Below, in pieces: positions 1 to 10,090 of a stretch of 53,059 bases of DNA. The translations under genes and the position numbers were made by a program. The stretch spans positions 1 to 53,059 of the forward strand of contig CAIVSE010000033.1 in assembly GCA_903908535.1 (NCBI GenBank), written 5' to 3'. How positions within the stretch are numbered: the first letter of the stretch is position 1; each line of letters opens with the position of its first letter. The stretch is from Candidatus Doudnabacteria bacterium (GTDB lineage Bacteria; Patescibacteriota; Doudnabacteria; UBA920). The notes under the pieces were generated by a model, which saw only the letters and a program-made list of their open reading frames with translations, searched no databases and was not told where the DNA came from.

Positions 1-2
1 TA

Positions 3-2081
3 AAAAGCAGCTACAGCGAATTGGCCAAAAGGTTAAAATTAAAAAATGTGGACGTGGCTGTAAGGTCCAGTGCCACGGCCGAAGATTTGCCCAACGCCAG
101 TTTTGCCGGCCAGCAGGAAAGCTATTTGAATATTGTCGGCGAGTACCAGCTGCTGGAAGCCATAAAAAAATGCTTTTCATCTTTATTTACCAACCGCGCC
201 ATTTCTTACCGCGTGGACCAAAAGTTTGACCATTTTAAAATTGCGCTCTCGGCCGCGGTGCAAAAAATGGCCAGGTCAGATAAAGGCGCCAGCGGAGTGA
301 TGTTTACCCTGGATACCGACACCGGCTTCCGCGAAGTGGTACTGATTAATGCCGCTTACGGTTTGGGCGAATTTGTGGTCAAAGGAATTATCACGCCGGA
401 CGAATATATGGTTTTTAAGCCCACGCTAAAAAAGGGTTTTGCCTCGGTGGTATCCAAACAGCTGGGCAGCAAGGAAAAAAAATTAATTTACGCCAGCGAG
501 GGTGTAATCCCGACCAGGGAAGTGCCGGTGCCGGAAGCCGAGCGTCACGCTTTTGTGCTGTCCGACGCGCAGATTGTGCAGTTGTCACGCTGGGGCGTAA
601 TTATAGAGGAGCATTACGGCCGGCCCATGGACATAGAATGGGCTTACGACGGCCAAATTAACCAGTTGTACATTGTCCAGGCCAGGCCGGAAACCGTGCA
701 GGCGCGCAAAGACCAAAATGTTTTGGAAGAATACGTACTGGAAGAAAAAGGCGGCAAGATTTTGGCGCACGGGGCAGCAGTAGGGGCAAAAATTGGCCAG
801 GGCAACGCCCATTATATAAAAGATGCCTCGCAGATTTCCGAGTTTAACAAAGGCGAAGTCTTAATTACCGAAATTACAGATCCTGACTGGGAGCCGATTA
901 TGAAGATGGCCTCGGCCATTGTCACTAACGCCGGCGGCCGGACTTCCCATGCCGCCATTGTCAGCCGCGAACTGGGGATTCCGGCCGTGGTTGGCTGCGG
1001 CGATGCCACTAAAGTTATCAAAACCGGACAGCCGGTTACGGTGAGCTGCAGCGAAGGCGAAGACGGCCGGGTTTATGACGGCCTGCTGAAATTTACCATC
1101 AACCGCCATGACTTAAAAGATTTTAAACAGCCTAAAACTGAAATTAAAATGATAGTGGCTGACCCGGATTTGGTGTTTGGTTATTCATTTATCCCCAATA
1201 AAGGCGTGGGTTTGGCGCGCGAGGAATTTATCATTTCCAATTACATCAAGGTTCACCCTAATGCTTTATTAAATTTTGATAAATTGCAGGATACCGGCTT
1301 AAAAAAACAGATTGAAGAATTAACGGTGGGTTATGACAGCAAAATAGATTTTTATGTGCATAAACTGGCTTACGGCATTGGAATACTCGCCGCGGCGTTT
1401 TATCCCAATGACGTCTTATTAAGGTTTTCCGACTTTAAGACCAATGAATACGCCAACTTAATTGGCGGCAAGGATTACGAACCGCACGAGGAAAACCCCA
1501 TGATAGGCTGGCGCGGGGCCAGCCGATATTACGACCCGAATTTCCGCGACGCTTTTGCCCTGGAATGCCGGGCCGTTAAAAAAGTCCGCGAGGAAATGGG
1601 GCTTACAAATTTGCAGACCATGATCCCGTTTTGCCGCACGCCGGAAGAAGGGCAAAAGGTTTTGGACGAAATGGCCAAGAACGGATTAAAGCGGGGCCAA
1701 AATAATTTGGAAGTTTGGGTGATGGCGGAAATTCCCTCCAACATTTTGCAGGTGGAAGATTTTGCCGCTATTTTTGACGGCTTCTCTATTGGCTCCAACG
1801 ACTTAACACAACTGACCTTGGGGCTGGACCGGGATTCTAAACTGGTGGCGCATATTGGCAATGAAAAGAATAAGTCAGTATTAACCTTAATTCATAACTT
1901 GATTCAAAAAGCCCACAAAGCCGGACTCAAAGTCGGCATTTGCGGCCAGGGACCCAGCGACTTCCCGGAACTGGGCGAGTTTTTGGTTAAAGAGGGGATA
2001 GATTCCATTTCCTTAAATCCGGATACAGTGCTTAAGGCTACAGTTCAGATTCAGAAAGTGGAAGACGGGTTAAAAAGGTAA
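3..2081 (+). CDS. ppsA: Phosphoenolpyruvate synthase, 5' end outside window
   Basis: VAVRSSATAED, GGRTSHAAIVSRELG (phospho-His) and FSIGSNDLTQ motifs; frame is open to the window edge. Confidence 0.95.
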   Translation, partial: KSSYSELAKRLKLKNVDVAVRSSATAEDLPNASFAGQQESYLNIVGEYQLLEAIKKCFSSLFTNRAISYRVDQKFDHFKIALSAAVQKMARSDKGASGVMFTLDTDTGFREVVLINAAYGLGEFVVKGIITPDEYMVFKPTLKKGFASVVSKQLGSKEKKLIYASEGVIPTREVPVPEAERHAFVLSDAQIVQLSRWGVIIEEHYGRPMDIEWAYDGQINQLYIVQARPETVQARKDQNVLEEYVLEEKGGKILAHGAAVGAKIGQGNAHYIKDASQISEFNKGEVLITEITDPDWEPIMKMASAIVTNAGGRTSHAAIVSRELGIPAVVGCGDATKVIKTGQPVTVSCSEGEDGRVYDGLLKFTINRHDLKDFKQPKTEIKMIVADPDLVFGYSFIPNKGVGLAREEFIISNYIKVHPNALLNFDKLQDTGLKKQIEELTVGYDSKIDFYVHKLAYGIGILAAAFYPNDVLLRFSDFKTNEYANLIGGKDYEPHEENPMIGWRGASRYYDPNFRDAFALECRAVKKVREEMGLTNLQTMIPFCRTPEEGQKVLDEMAKNGLKRGQNNLEVWVMAEIPSNILQVEDFAAIFDGFSIGSNDLTQLTLGLDRDSKLVAHIGNEKNKSVLTLIHNLIQKAHKAGLKVGICGQGPSDFPELGEFLVKEGIDSISLNPDTVLKATVQIQKVEDGLKR

Positions 2082-2104
2082 TTAACAACATCGCCCACAA
2101 CCTT

Positions 2105-2140
2105 AAAGGCAGCAGCTGAACTTCAGCCGCTGCCTTTTTT
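2105..2140. terminator. Intrinsic terminator between convergent genes
   Basis: aaaggcagc...gctgccttt stem followed by a T-tract after the ppsA stop. Confidence 0.75.
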
Positions 2141-2147
2141 ATCTATT

Positions 2148-2417
2148 TTATATTCTTATTTTTTGGCAGCTTTCCATGTGCTCTTGCAGGGGAATGGCTA
2201 TAGTTTCCGCAATGTAGGCAGCCAGGGTTTCGGTCTGGTCTTCGGCGTATTCCTTAAGACTCTTTTCCATAGACACTAGATCATCCTTTGTGGCAAATGC
2301 TTTAAGATCATCCTTTGTGGCGTAAGGGACTAAGGCTGCTTTTAAGTCTTCCTTGGTCGCTACTTTGGCAAACCTTTTATCCAAAGCTTCTTCAAATTCA
2401 GTTAGGGTAATTTCCAT
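2148..2417 (-). CDS. Small coiled-coil protein with ATK(D/E)DL repeats, 89 aa; paralog of 18290..18601
   Basis: Start moved to MEITLTEFEEALDKRF (ATG 2417) using the paralog and a TTGACA-17-TATTGT promoter; three ATKxDL repeats. Confidence 0.8.
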   Translation of the reverse strand: MEITLTEFEEALDKRFAKVATKEDLKAALVPYATKDDLKAFATKDDLVSMEKSLKEYAEDQTETLAAYIAETIAIPLQEHMESCQKIRI

Positions 2418-2564
2418 ACAATGGATTATTAATAATAAATCAATAATGCCATATAGGCGAGCAAATACATCGACCTTGATTCTTAAACAATAACTCCTGG
2501 ATTTTTTACTGTCAAATTGTGGACAAGTGTATACAAAAAAACCCGACATTATGTCTGGCTTTTT

Positions 2565-2654
2565 TGGCGGAGAGAGGGGGATTCGAACCCCCGAGGGCTT
2601 TGACACCCTGCGCGCTTTCCAAGCGCGTGCACTCGACCACTATGCGACCTCTCC
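2565..2654 (-). tRNA. tRNA-Ser(GGA)
   Basis: ggagagg acceptor, cgcgc-ttGGAaa-gcgcg anticodon arm, long variable arm, GGTTCGAATCC, encoded CCA. Confidence 0.97.
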
Positions 2655-2871
2655 TCGTCGCAATCGGCTTTACCTTCGTATCCTGCTAACGCAGGCTACT
2701 GCGGTAAGCCTATTGCTCCTCTCCCCAAATTTTCATCGCAAAATCTTGGCGGTAAAATTTGGGGACCCCCATTTACCTGGTTATTCTACCAGAAATCAGG
2801 TTTGCTATCAATAGACCTTTTCTGTTACATTTAGGGTAGCTTAGCGTCTATATTCTATAATAAAGTCTCTC

Positions 2872-3066
2872 GTACAGACCTTAATTTTTTATACCGCGGC
2901 CGGCGATTGGCAGTTGTCAGACCATAACTTTGGCCAAAAAGCTTGGCCTTTTACGCCAGTAAAAGTTTTTGGACAAAGTTTTGAGTGAGGTTTTCCGCAG
3001 GAGAAAACCGAACGTGTCTGGCAATCTGCCAACGTTGGACGGACTAAAAAAATTAACGGTCTGTAC
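2872..3066 (+). repeat. ~190-nt structured intergenic repeat, copy 1
   Basis: Shares ccaaaaagcttgg..gtttttgg, the gcagg loop and cgtgtc with the five other copies; terminal inverted repeat gtacagacc-ttaattttt / aaaaattaa-c-ggtctgtac. Confidence 0.9.
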
Positions 3067-3152
3067 AGATATAATTTTATGCCTGACCAAACCCTGCAAG
3101 CCGAACCAGTCGCTTCGCTCCGGTCCGGGGCAGGCCGGCTTAAATCTTATTT

Positions 3153-4880
3153 ATGGACAACACTCTACAGGATATAAAAGATAGATTAAACATTGCCGAT
3201 GTCTTAAGCGGATACATCCAGCTCAAAAAGAGCGGGGCCAATTTTAAGGCGGTCTGCCCGTTCCATAACGAAAAATCGCCGAGTTTAATGGTCTCCACCC
3301 AAAAGCAAATTTGGCACTGTTTTGGCTGTGGCGAGGGTGGGGATATTTTTGGGTTCGTGATGAAGTACGAAAATTTGGAATTCCGCGACGCTTTAAAATT
3401 GTTGGCCGACAAGGCCGGCGTCAAATTGCCTTCATTCCGTCCCAGGGACAAAAATGTAATAGATAAGGAAGAGCAATTGTATAAGATAAATGACTTTGCC
3501 GCGCGTTTTTATCACGAAATTTTGATTAAGGGCAAATTGGCCGCGCCCAGGGAGTACCTAAAAAAAAGGGGCCTGGCCCCTTTAATCATCACGCAATGGC
3601 AAATTGGTTTTGCGCCCGAAGGTTTCCATACGCTGGAACAGGTTTTAGTGAAAAAGAAAGTCGCGTTAAGCGATTTAGTCGCAGCCGGCGTGAGCGCTAA
3701 AAACGAGCGGGGGCAAATTTATGATAGGTTCCGCGGCCGCATCACCTTCCCTATTTTTAATTCCGTAGGTAATATTGTGGGGTTTTCAGCCAGGATTTTG
3801 ATGGATGATGGCAAAAGCGCTAAGTATATTAATTCCCCCGAAACCGCCATCTATAATAAAAGTAAAGTTTTGTTTGGTTTTAATTTCGCGCGCACGGAAA
3901 TTCGCCAAAAAGACGAGGTTATAGTGGTGGAAGGGCAGATGGACTGTATTGCCTGCCATCAGGCCGGTTTTAAAAATGTGGTGGCCAGCAGCGGCACGGC
4001 TTTAACCGCCGAGCAGTTAACCATAATCGGCCGCTTTACCAAAAACGTGAAGTTTTGTTTTGACGCTGATGCTGCCGGTTTAATGGCCACGCGCCGGGCC
4101 GTGGAAAATGCCCTGGCCCAGGGTTTTACCATTAAAATTTTAAGCCTCATAGGCGCCAAAGACGCGGATGAATTGATAAAAAAAGACGCCAAAGAATTCG
4201 CCCGCCAGGCCGCGGCTGCCCCGCTGTTTTTAGATTTTTATATTGCCAAACAATTTAGTGATTTTAACCAGTCCATTAGCGATAAAAAACGGGTGGAAGC
4301 CGAACTTCTGCCGTTGCTGAATTTATTGACGGATCCATTGGAATTGGACCATTATTTAAGGATTGTGGCGGAAAAATTGGGCACTACGCCGCACGTGCTG
4401 CTGGAAACTTTGCATAAGCTGAAAAAGGGGCCGGGAGCCGTTTTTGTGGTTGCTTCCAAAAACGCTCCCCAACTTCGTCAAGACTACGTAGGGCAAGCTG
4501 ACCCCGTTTCCCCAAACGCTTTAGAAAAGCAAATTTTGGGCGGCATACTTTTATATCCGGAATTCCGGCAACTGGCCATGGACGAAGGCGTGGCCAAAAG
4601 CCTGCCGTATAATATTGACGGTGAAAATTTCCTTGCCAAAGAATGCATTTTTATGGTAGAATCACAACTAGCAGAGCTGGGCAATGATGAAGCTATGATT
4701 AGGGAACTAAAAAAATCTTTGGCCCAGTTAAAATTGGTTTCAATTAAGGAACAGCAAAAAAAACTCACGGATGAAATTCGGAAGGCTGAATCCCAAAAAG
4801 ATAGCCCGAAGTTATTGGAGTTGAATAAACAATTTATGGTATTGAATGCCAAAAGGCTGGAGCTGGAAAAATTACTTTAA
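3153..4880 (+). CDS. dnaG: DNA primase
   Basis: CHC2 zinc finger (CPFHNEKSPS...HCFGCG), KYINSPET, TOPRIM VVEGQMD and FDADAAG; directly upstream of rpoD. Confidence 0.97.
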   Translation: MDNTLQDIKDRLNIADVLSGYIQLKKSGANFKAVCPFHNEKSPSLMVSTQKQIWHCFGCGEGGDIFGFVMKYENLEFRDALKLLADKAGVKLPSFRPRDKNVIDKEEQLYKINDFAARFYHEILIKGKLAAPREYLKKRGLAPLIITQWQIGFAPEGFHTLEQVLVKKKVALSDLVAAGVSAKNERGQIYDRFRGRITFPIFNSVGNIVGFSARILMDDGKSAKYINSPETAIYNKSKVLFGFNFARTEIRQKDEVIVVEGQMDCIACHQAGFKNVVASSGTALTAEQLTIIGRFTKNVKFCFDADAAGLMATRRAVENALAQGFTIKILSLIGAKDADELIKKDAKEFARQAAAAPLFLDFYIAKQFSDFNQSISDKKRVEAELLPLLNLLTDPLELDHYLRIVAEKLGTTPHVLLETLHKLKKGPGAVFVVASKNAPQLRQDYVGQADPVSPNALEKQILGGILLYPEFRQLAMDEGVAKSLPYNIDGENFLAKECIFMVESQLAELGNDEAMIRELKKSLAQLKLVSIKEQQKKLTDEIRKAESQKDSPKLLELNKQFMVLNAKRLELEKLL

Positions 4881-4903
4881 AGGCATAATATATTTTAATT
4901 TTC

Positions 4904-6172
4904 ATGAAGAAAAAAAGCCATAAGCACAAGGTAAAATTCGGCGGATCCGGATCCCGCTCCGCGGGAAAACCGCAGAAGAAGAAAATTAAACCCGCCAAAA
5001 AACTGGCCAAAAAGCGGGCGTCTTTAAAGGCGAAATTTACCGCGCCGCAGAGTTTGGAAGAATTGTCCGGCGCCAACGCGGTGTTAAAAAAATTGGTGGA
5101 TATTGCCAGCGAACGCGGATTTGTTACCGAGGCCGAGCTTATGCACGCCCTGCCGAATTTTGAAGACGACGTGGTCGCCCTGGAACGGGTGATGGACGAG
5201 CTGGAAAAGCGCGGCATAGAAATTGTCGACCAGGAAGTGGCCAGCGTCTGGGAGCAGAACAAAAAGCCGGAAGTTACGGAAATTGTGGTTAAAGGCAAAA
5301 AGAAAAAAGTCGAAGACATGGTGGATGCTTTTGACCTGGGTGATATTTACGACGACTCCATCCAAATGTATCTGCGGGAAATCGGCAAGGTCCCGTTAAT
5401 TACCGGTGCCGAAGAAATCGAACTGGCCAAGCGCATTGGCAAGGGTGATGTTTCGGCGCGCAAAAAATTGACCGAAGCCAACCTGCGTTTGGTGGTGAGC
5501 ATTGCCAAGAAGTATATGGGCCGCAATTTGGGGCTTTTGGATTTAATTCAGGAAGGCAACTTGGGTTTGTTCCGGGCTGTGGAAAAATTTGACTGGCGCA
5601 AAGGTTATAAATTTTCCACTTACGCCACCTGGTGGATCCGCCAGGCCATTACCCGCGCGTTAGCTGACCAGTCGCGCACTATCCGCATCCCGGTCCACAT
5701 GGTGGAAACCTTAAACAAGTATGCCCAGGCCGAGCGCCAGCTGGTGCAGGATTTAGGCCGCGAACCTTTGCCCGAAGAAATCGCCGCCGAGATGGGCATA
5801 GAGGTGGAAAAGGTCTATCATTTAAAAAAGATTTCCCAGGAAACGGTGTCCATAGATTCTCCGGTAGGGGAAGACGAAGGCGAAGATTCTTCACTGGGGG
5901 ATTTTATTGTGGATGAAGACACCACCAAGCCCAACGAAATGGCCGGCCGGCAGATTTTAAAGGAATACGTGGGTAATATTTTAAAGGATTTAGACCCCAG
6001 GGAGCAGAAAATTCTGCGCATGCGGTTTGGGCTGGAAGACGGCGTCACCCACACTTTGGAAGAAGTCGGCGAGGAATTTGGCGTGACCCGAGAACGTATA
6101 AGGCAAATTGAAAGCAAGGCTTTGGAACGCATAAGGGAGCATATTGACATTAACAAGTTAAGAGATTACTAA
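4904..6172 (+). CDS. rpoD: Primary RNA polymerase sigma-70 factor
   Basis: [38 protein letters not shown] and TRERIRQIE motifs. Confidence 0.97.
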   Translation: MKKKSHKHKVKFGGSGSRSAGKPQKKKIKPAKKLAKKRASLKAKFTAPQSLEELSGANAVLKKLVDIASERGFVTEAELMHALPNFEDDVVALERVMDELEKRGIEIVDQEVASVWEQNKKPEVTEIVVKGKKKKVEDMVDAFDLGDIYDDSIQMYLREIGKVPLITGAEEIELAKRIGKGDVSARKKLTEANLRLVVSIAKKYMGRNLGLLDLIQEGNLGLFRAVEKFDWRKGYKFSTYATWWIRQAITRALADQSRTIRIPVHMVETLNKYAQAERQLVQDLGREPLPEEIAAEMGIEVEKVYHLKKISQETVSIDSPVGEDEGEDSSLGDFIVDEDTTKPNEMAGRQILKEYVGNILKDLDPREQKILRMRFGLEDGVTHTLEEVGEEFGVTRERIRQIESKALERIREHIDINKLRDY

Positions 6173-6343
6173 CTCCGGCGTCACTATATGTGTATTCACT
6201 AATTAAGAAAGGAATACACGGATGTCTAGTTTGTACCGCGGGAGTGCTTTTAAGCTTCCGGCGAACATCCTTAAAGGCGGTTAAGCCTTTTTGCTTCGGC
6301 ATCAATAATAAGAACAGTTTCGCCATGAACAAAAGCACCCCCT

Positions 6344-6380
6344 AAAAGCAGCCCACTCCATTAAGGACACGGCTGCTTTT
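6344..6380. terminator. Bidirectional terminator-like hairpin
   Basis: aaaagcagcc...ggctgctttt. Confidence 0.6.
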
Positions 6381-6384
6381 GTTA

Positions 6385-6578
6385 TAGCTTTAATTTTCCT
6401 CTAGCACCTCGCCGACTTGTTTTTCAGAACACGTTCGAATTTTCCCAGCGAAAATTCTCACTCCGCTTTCAGCCCAAAAACTTTTTGACTTTCAGTCAAA
6501 AAGACCGGGCTTTTTGGGCTGAAAGAGGGTTCTAAAAAACAAGTACGGCTCGGCCTATTATTGGGAAAATGAAGGCTA
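6385..6578 (-). repeat. ~190-nt structured intergenic repeat, copy 2
   Basis: Same stem and junction layout; stems acttgtttttcagaac/gttctaaaaaacaagt and ctttcagcccaaaaa/tttttgggctgaaag. Confidence 0.9.
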
Positions 6579-6600
6579 AAAAAAATAGTGCCAGGAACAA

Positions 6601-7143
6601 TTAAGTTTCCAGGCACTTTTCAGTCAGGGGGTTGATTTGCTTTATGCTGTCGAATCCCTGGTCGAGACTTACCGGTTGTGACTGACAATATTTATAATGA
6701 TCATAGTAGGAGTGAATGTGGCTTTGTAGACAGATTTTTTTCCATTTGTCCTTATGCTGTCCAAAATCCGGCTGTTCCCGTTTGAACCACCATTTTAAGC
6801 AAATTTTCCGTGGGGTGGCAAAGTGCCATGCTTCAATGATTTCCGCCCCCAGAGAGCGAAGTTTGGCGGTAATTTCCCTGCGATCATATTCGTGGTTGTT
6901 CCAGGTGTCGAGAATAACAGTCGTGCTGTTTTTTTGCAGACATTCGGCCACTCTTTTCCACATGAGCTCAAGGCCAACCAAATGACCTCCTGTATATTTA
7001 TCCAGCCATGGTGTGCCGTAGAGTTCGTTTAAAATGGCGTCCCTGCTGATTAAAACTATTTCCGGATGAGCGGCAACAACTTTTTGGCAGTAAGTGGACT
7101 TGCCGGCGCATTGCGGGCCAACAGTTAATAGTACGCGTCTCAT
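6601..7143 (-). CDS. P-loop kinase (AAA_33 / polynucleotide kinase-like)
   Basis: N-terminal GPQCAGKST Walker A, ISRD and VILDTWN; SD-like ggggg upstream. Confidence 0.7.
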   Translation of the reverse strand: MRRVLLTVGPQCAGKSTYCQKVVAAHPEIVLISRDAILNELYGTPWLDKYTGGHLVGLELMWKRVAECLQKNSTTVILDTWNNHEYDRREITAKLRSLGAEIIEAWHFATPRKICLKWWFKREQPDFGQHKDKWKKICLQSHIHSYYDHYKYCQSQPVSLDQGFDSIKQINPLTEKCLET

Positions 7144-7240
7144 AAACCCCCTTTAAATTGAAGCTGTAGTATACCAATAAATGGGATGGTTGTCCAGAGT
7201 TACTCTTGACTCTTAGTAAACAAACGTATACCATAAAATT

Positions 7241-8398
7241 ATGGATACCGAGCCCTTGGCTAATAAAATAAGGCCGCAGAATTTACAGGATTTTGCCGGG
7301 CAGGAGCATTTGGTGGGGCCGGGCAAGCCTTTGAGGGTGGCTATTGAACAAAAGCATTTGTTCAGTTTTTTGCTGTGGGGGGCGCCCGGAGTGGGGAAGA
7401 CGACTTTGGCCAGGATGTATGCCAAGGCAGTTAATGCCGAATATTTTGAACTTTCGGCAGTATCTGCCGGCAAAGATGACATCCGCAAAATTGTGGACCG
7501 GCCTTCCATGCTCGGCCAGCCTAAGATATTGTTTTTGGACGAAATTCACCGTTTTAATAAAGCCCAGCAGGATTATCTTTTGCCTTTTGTGGAAACCGGC
7601 AAGCTTTATTTAATCGGGGCGACAACAGAAAATCCATCCTTTGAAGTCATCCCGGCCCTGCTTAGCCGCTGCCGCGTTTTTACCTTGAGTGAGCTGACGG
7701 ATGAAGATATTAAAAAAATTATCATCCGCACCGGTTTTAAGCTAAAAAAAGACGCGCGTGACTGGCTGGTTAAAATGGCCAACGGCGACGCCCGGCAGGT
7801 TATTAGTATGATAGAAAACACGGCGCGGCTGTATAATCAGGTCACAGTAAAAACTCTAACCGATACTTTGCAGTCAAAATTTTTGCGTTATGATAAACAG
7901 GGCGAAGAGCATTACAATATTATTTCCGCTTTTATTAAATCTATGCGCGCCAGCCAGCCGGATGCGGCTTTATATTATCTGGCCAGGATGGTGGAGGCGG
8001 GGGAAGACCCATTATTTATTGCTCGCCGGATGGTGGTATTTGCCAGCGAAGATATTGGCCTGGCCCAGCCCACGGCGTTAGTTGTGGCCAATGCTGTGTT
8101 TCGCGCCTGCGAAACCATTGGCTACCCGGAATGCGGCATTAACCTGGCCCATGGTGTGGCCTATTTGTGCCAATGCAAAAAAGACCGCAGCAGCTATAAT
8201 GCCTATCAGGCCGCGCTGTCTGATGTCAAAGATCTGGGAAATTTACCGGTACCGCTAAAAATCCGCAACGCGCCCACTAAACTAATGAAGGATTTGCAGT
8301 ACGGTAAGGGTTACGAAAAATATGACAGCGAAAGTTATCTTCCAGACAAAATTAAAGGGAAGAAATATCTTAAAAACCCAAAGCTTCCTTTGCAATAA
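7241..8398 (+). CDS. rarA: Replication-associated recombination protein A (MgsA/RarA)
   Basis: PLANKIRP, GAPGVGKTT, DEIHRFNKAQQD, GATTENPSF and ASEDIGLA motifs. Confidence 0.95.
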   Translation: MDTEPLANKIRPQNLQDFAGQEHLVGPGKPLRVAIEQKHLFSFLLWGAPGVGKTTLARMYAKAVNAEYFELSAVSAGKDDIRKIVDRPSMLGQPKILFLDEIHRFNKAQQDYLLPFVETGKLYLIGATTENPSFEVIPALLSRCRVFTLSELTDEDIKKIIIRTGFKLKKDARDWLVKMANGDARQVISMIENTARLYNQVTVKTLTDTLQSKFLRYDKQGEEHYNIISAFIKSMRASQPDAALYYLARMVEAGEDPLFIARRMVVFASEDIGLAQPTALVVANAVFRACETIGYPECGINLAHGVAYLCQCKKDRSSYNAYQAALSDVKDLGNLPVPLKIRNAPTKLMKDLQYGKGYEKYDSESYLPDKIKGKKYLKNPKLPLQ

Positions 8399-8999
8399 TT
8401 ACCAGGATTTTCCGGCCCATAGCGGTAAGTTCTTTGTGGAGAATGAGAGTTTTGGCGTGCAGGGTGCCGGCCGCGCCGGTAGATTTCATGCGGGCGTCTT
8501 CCAAGGGTACTACGTATTCTTCAATGCGCTGGAAACCTTGCTTTAAATCCGTCACAATTTTTTGCGCGCCAACAACCAAAATAATATTCGGTGAGGTAAA
8601 GGCCAGGTGAGGGAGTTGGCTGCCGCTGGCCGAAGCAAACATTAATTGCCCGTCTTGGGTTACGGCATGGGAGCTGCCTAAATAGTAGTCGGACAATTCA
8701 GCCTGTTTGCGTAAAGCGGCCTGTTTGGTTTTGTCGGTTTCGGCCAAAATTTTGGCATGCAGGTTGTCCCAGCCATGCTGCCCGGAGCTTAAAAATTCAA
8801 TGAAGCCAATTTCCTGCAGGGTCCGTGACGAACCGTTCATGACCGAAGCTCCCCGGGGAATAAGCTCTTTAATTTTTTCCAGCGCCTGCTGCCCGGTTTC
8901 CACTATTACGCTGTCAAAATTATTGTTTTTTAGGGCGATGGCGGTTTTGTTTATGGCCTCTTCGGAGGCCGGAGTATTATATGGCATATGTTTAGGCAT
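8370..8999 (-). CDS. LUD-domain (lactate utilization-like) protein
   Basis: GSSRTLQEIG, SSHAVTQDG and VVGAQKIV motifs typical of the LUD domain. Confidence 0.7.
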   Translation of the reverse strand: MPKHMPYNTPASEEAINKTAIALKNNNFDSVIVETGQQALEKIKELIPRGASVMNGSSRTLQEIGFIEFLSSGQHGWDNLHAKILAETDKTKQAALRKQAELSDYYLGSSHAVTQDGQLMFASASGSQLPHLAFTSPNIILVVGAQKIVTDLKQGFQRIEEYVVPLEDARMKSTGAAGTLHAKTLILHKELTAMGRKILVIIAKEALGF

Positions 9000-9279
9000 T
9001 AATGGTTTTAATAAGGGAATTAATAAACTTGTCTTTGGTCAGGAAATAATAAATATTGTTGCCGCTGCGTTCTGTGGCCACCATTTTGTTGTCCTTCAGC
9101 AGCTGCAAATGGTGGGACACGCAGGGGAGGTTCATACCAATTTCCCTGGCAATTTCTGTGACGTTGGCCCGATCCCTTTTTGACAGCAGCTGCAAAATGC
9201 GGATGCGCGCAGTGTCGCCGGCCAGCTGCAACAGGCGGGTTTGACGTTCCAGTTTTTTGGTTAAAGTGATAGGAGACAT
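8992..9279 (-). CDS. ArsR/SmtB family transcriptional regulator
   Basis: GDTARIRILQLL...VTEIA...VSHHLQLLK...ERSGNNIYY winged HTH pattern. Confidence 0.88.
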   Translation of the reverse strand: MSPITLTKKLERQTRLLQLAGDTARIRILQLLSKRDRANVTEIAREIGMNLPCVSHHLQLLKDNKMVATERSGNNIYYFLTKDKFINSLIKTINA

Positions 9280-9295
9280 AGTTTAAGTAATTTAG

Positions 9296-9317
9296 TATTT
9301 AAACAACTATTTGAATA
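9296..9317. promoter_or_regulatory. Putative ArsR operator (imperfect 10-2-10 inverted repeat)
   Basis: tatttaaaca-ac-tatttgaata, just upstream of the arsR start. Confidence 0.5.
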
Positions 9318-9471
9318 GTAAACAATTTTTGATATACCGTCAAGGGGGGCTAGCTATGCGAGACCGCCGTAGTTTTCAGTTGACAAACTCGTACAACAAA
9401 AAGCCTCTCTTAAATATGAGGGCCTTTATTTACCTAATAAAAAAACCGAGACAAGTTCAGGGTTTTTTGTT

Positions 9472-9546
9472 TGGTAGCGCCACGGAGAATCGGACTCCGA
9501 TTCACAGCTTGAAAAGCTGTTGTCCTAACCATTAGACGATGGCGCC
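9472..9546 (-). tRNA. tRNA-Glu(TTC)
   Basis: ggcgcca/tggcgct acceptor, acagc-ttTTCaa-gctgt anticodon arm, CCA end; T-loop reads TCCGATT. Confidence 0.93.
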
Positions 9547-9665
9547 ATATTATATGCAGTTTCAACTTAGGCTATTTTACCATAAAAGCTTGGCTTTTTC
9601 AAGCCGCCAATACATGCTATAATTGGGGCAAAAGGTCGAAGCTTAAGAAACAAAACAACAATTTT

Positions 9666-10043
9666 ATGGACTCTGTAATAGTTCTAGCCAGGATTAGCGG
9701 CATTATGTGCCTGCTCATCGGTCTTTCGGTGATGAATAAAAGCAACATGGCCGCTATTATGTATGAGTTGGAAAGCAGTAAGGGCCTGTTTTGGTTTATT
9801 GGCTTTATGGCGGCTTTAATTGGTGCCATTATGTTGGCTGTTTACAGCACCTGGAGCGCCCATTGGCCGGTATTACTGACCATTTTGGGCTGGCTGGCCC
9901 TGCTGAAGGGGATTGCCATTATGCTCTTCCCGTCTTCAGCCTGGCATTCATTTTACCGCAAATTCAAAGCCAGCGGCATCGTTATGTTTAGCGGCATTAT
10001 TGCGTTATTGGTGGGTATTATTTTATTGTATAAAGGTTTTTAA
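9666..10043 (+). CDS. Hypothetical integral membrane protein (about 4 TM)
   Basis: Hydrophobic segments throughout; terminator-like hairpin follows. Confidence 0.75.
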   Translation: MDSVIVLARISGIMCLLIGLSVMNKSNMAAIMYELESSKGLFWFIGFMAALIGAIMLAVYSTWSAHWPVLLTILGWLALLKGIAIMLFPSSAWHSFYRKFKASGIVMFSGIIALLVGIILLYKGF

Positions 10044-10090
10044 GGCCGCAAAAAAACCGATCCGTTTTTGCGGGCCGGTTTTTTATTTTT

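Noticed and set aside
2418..2606. N-terminal extension of the 152-aa ORF at 2148..2606
   Set aside because: It runs through the promoter and tRNA-Ser; the paralog fixes the start at 2417.
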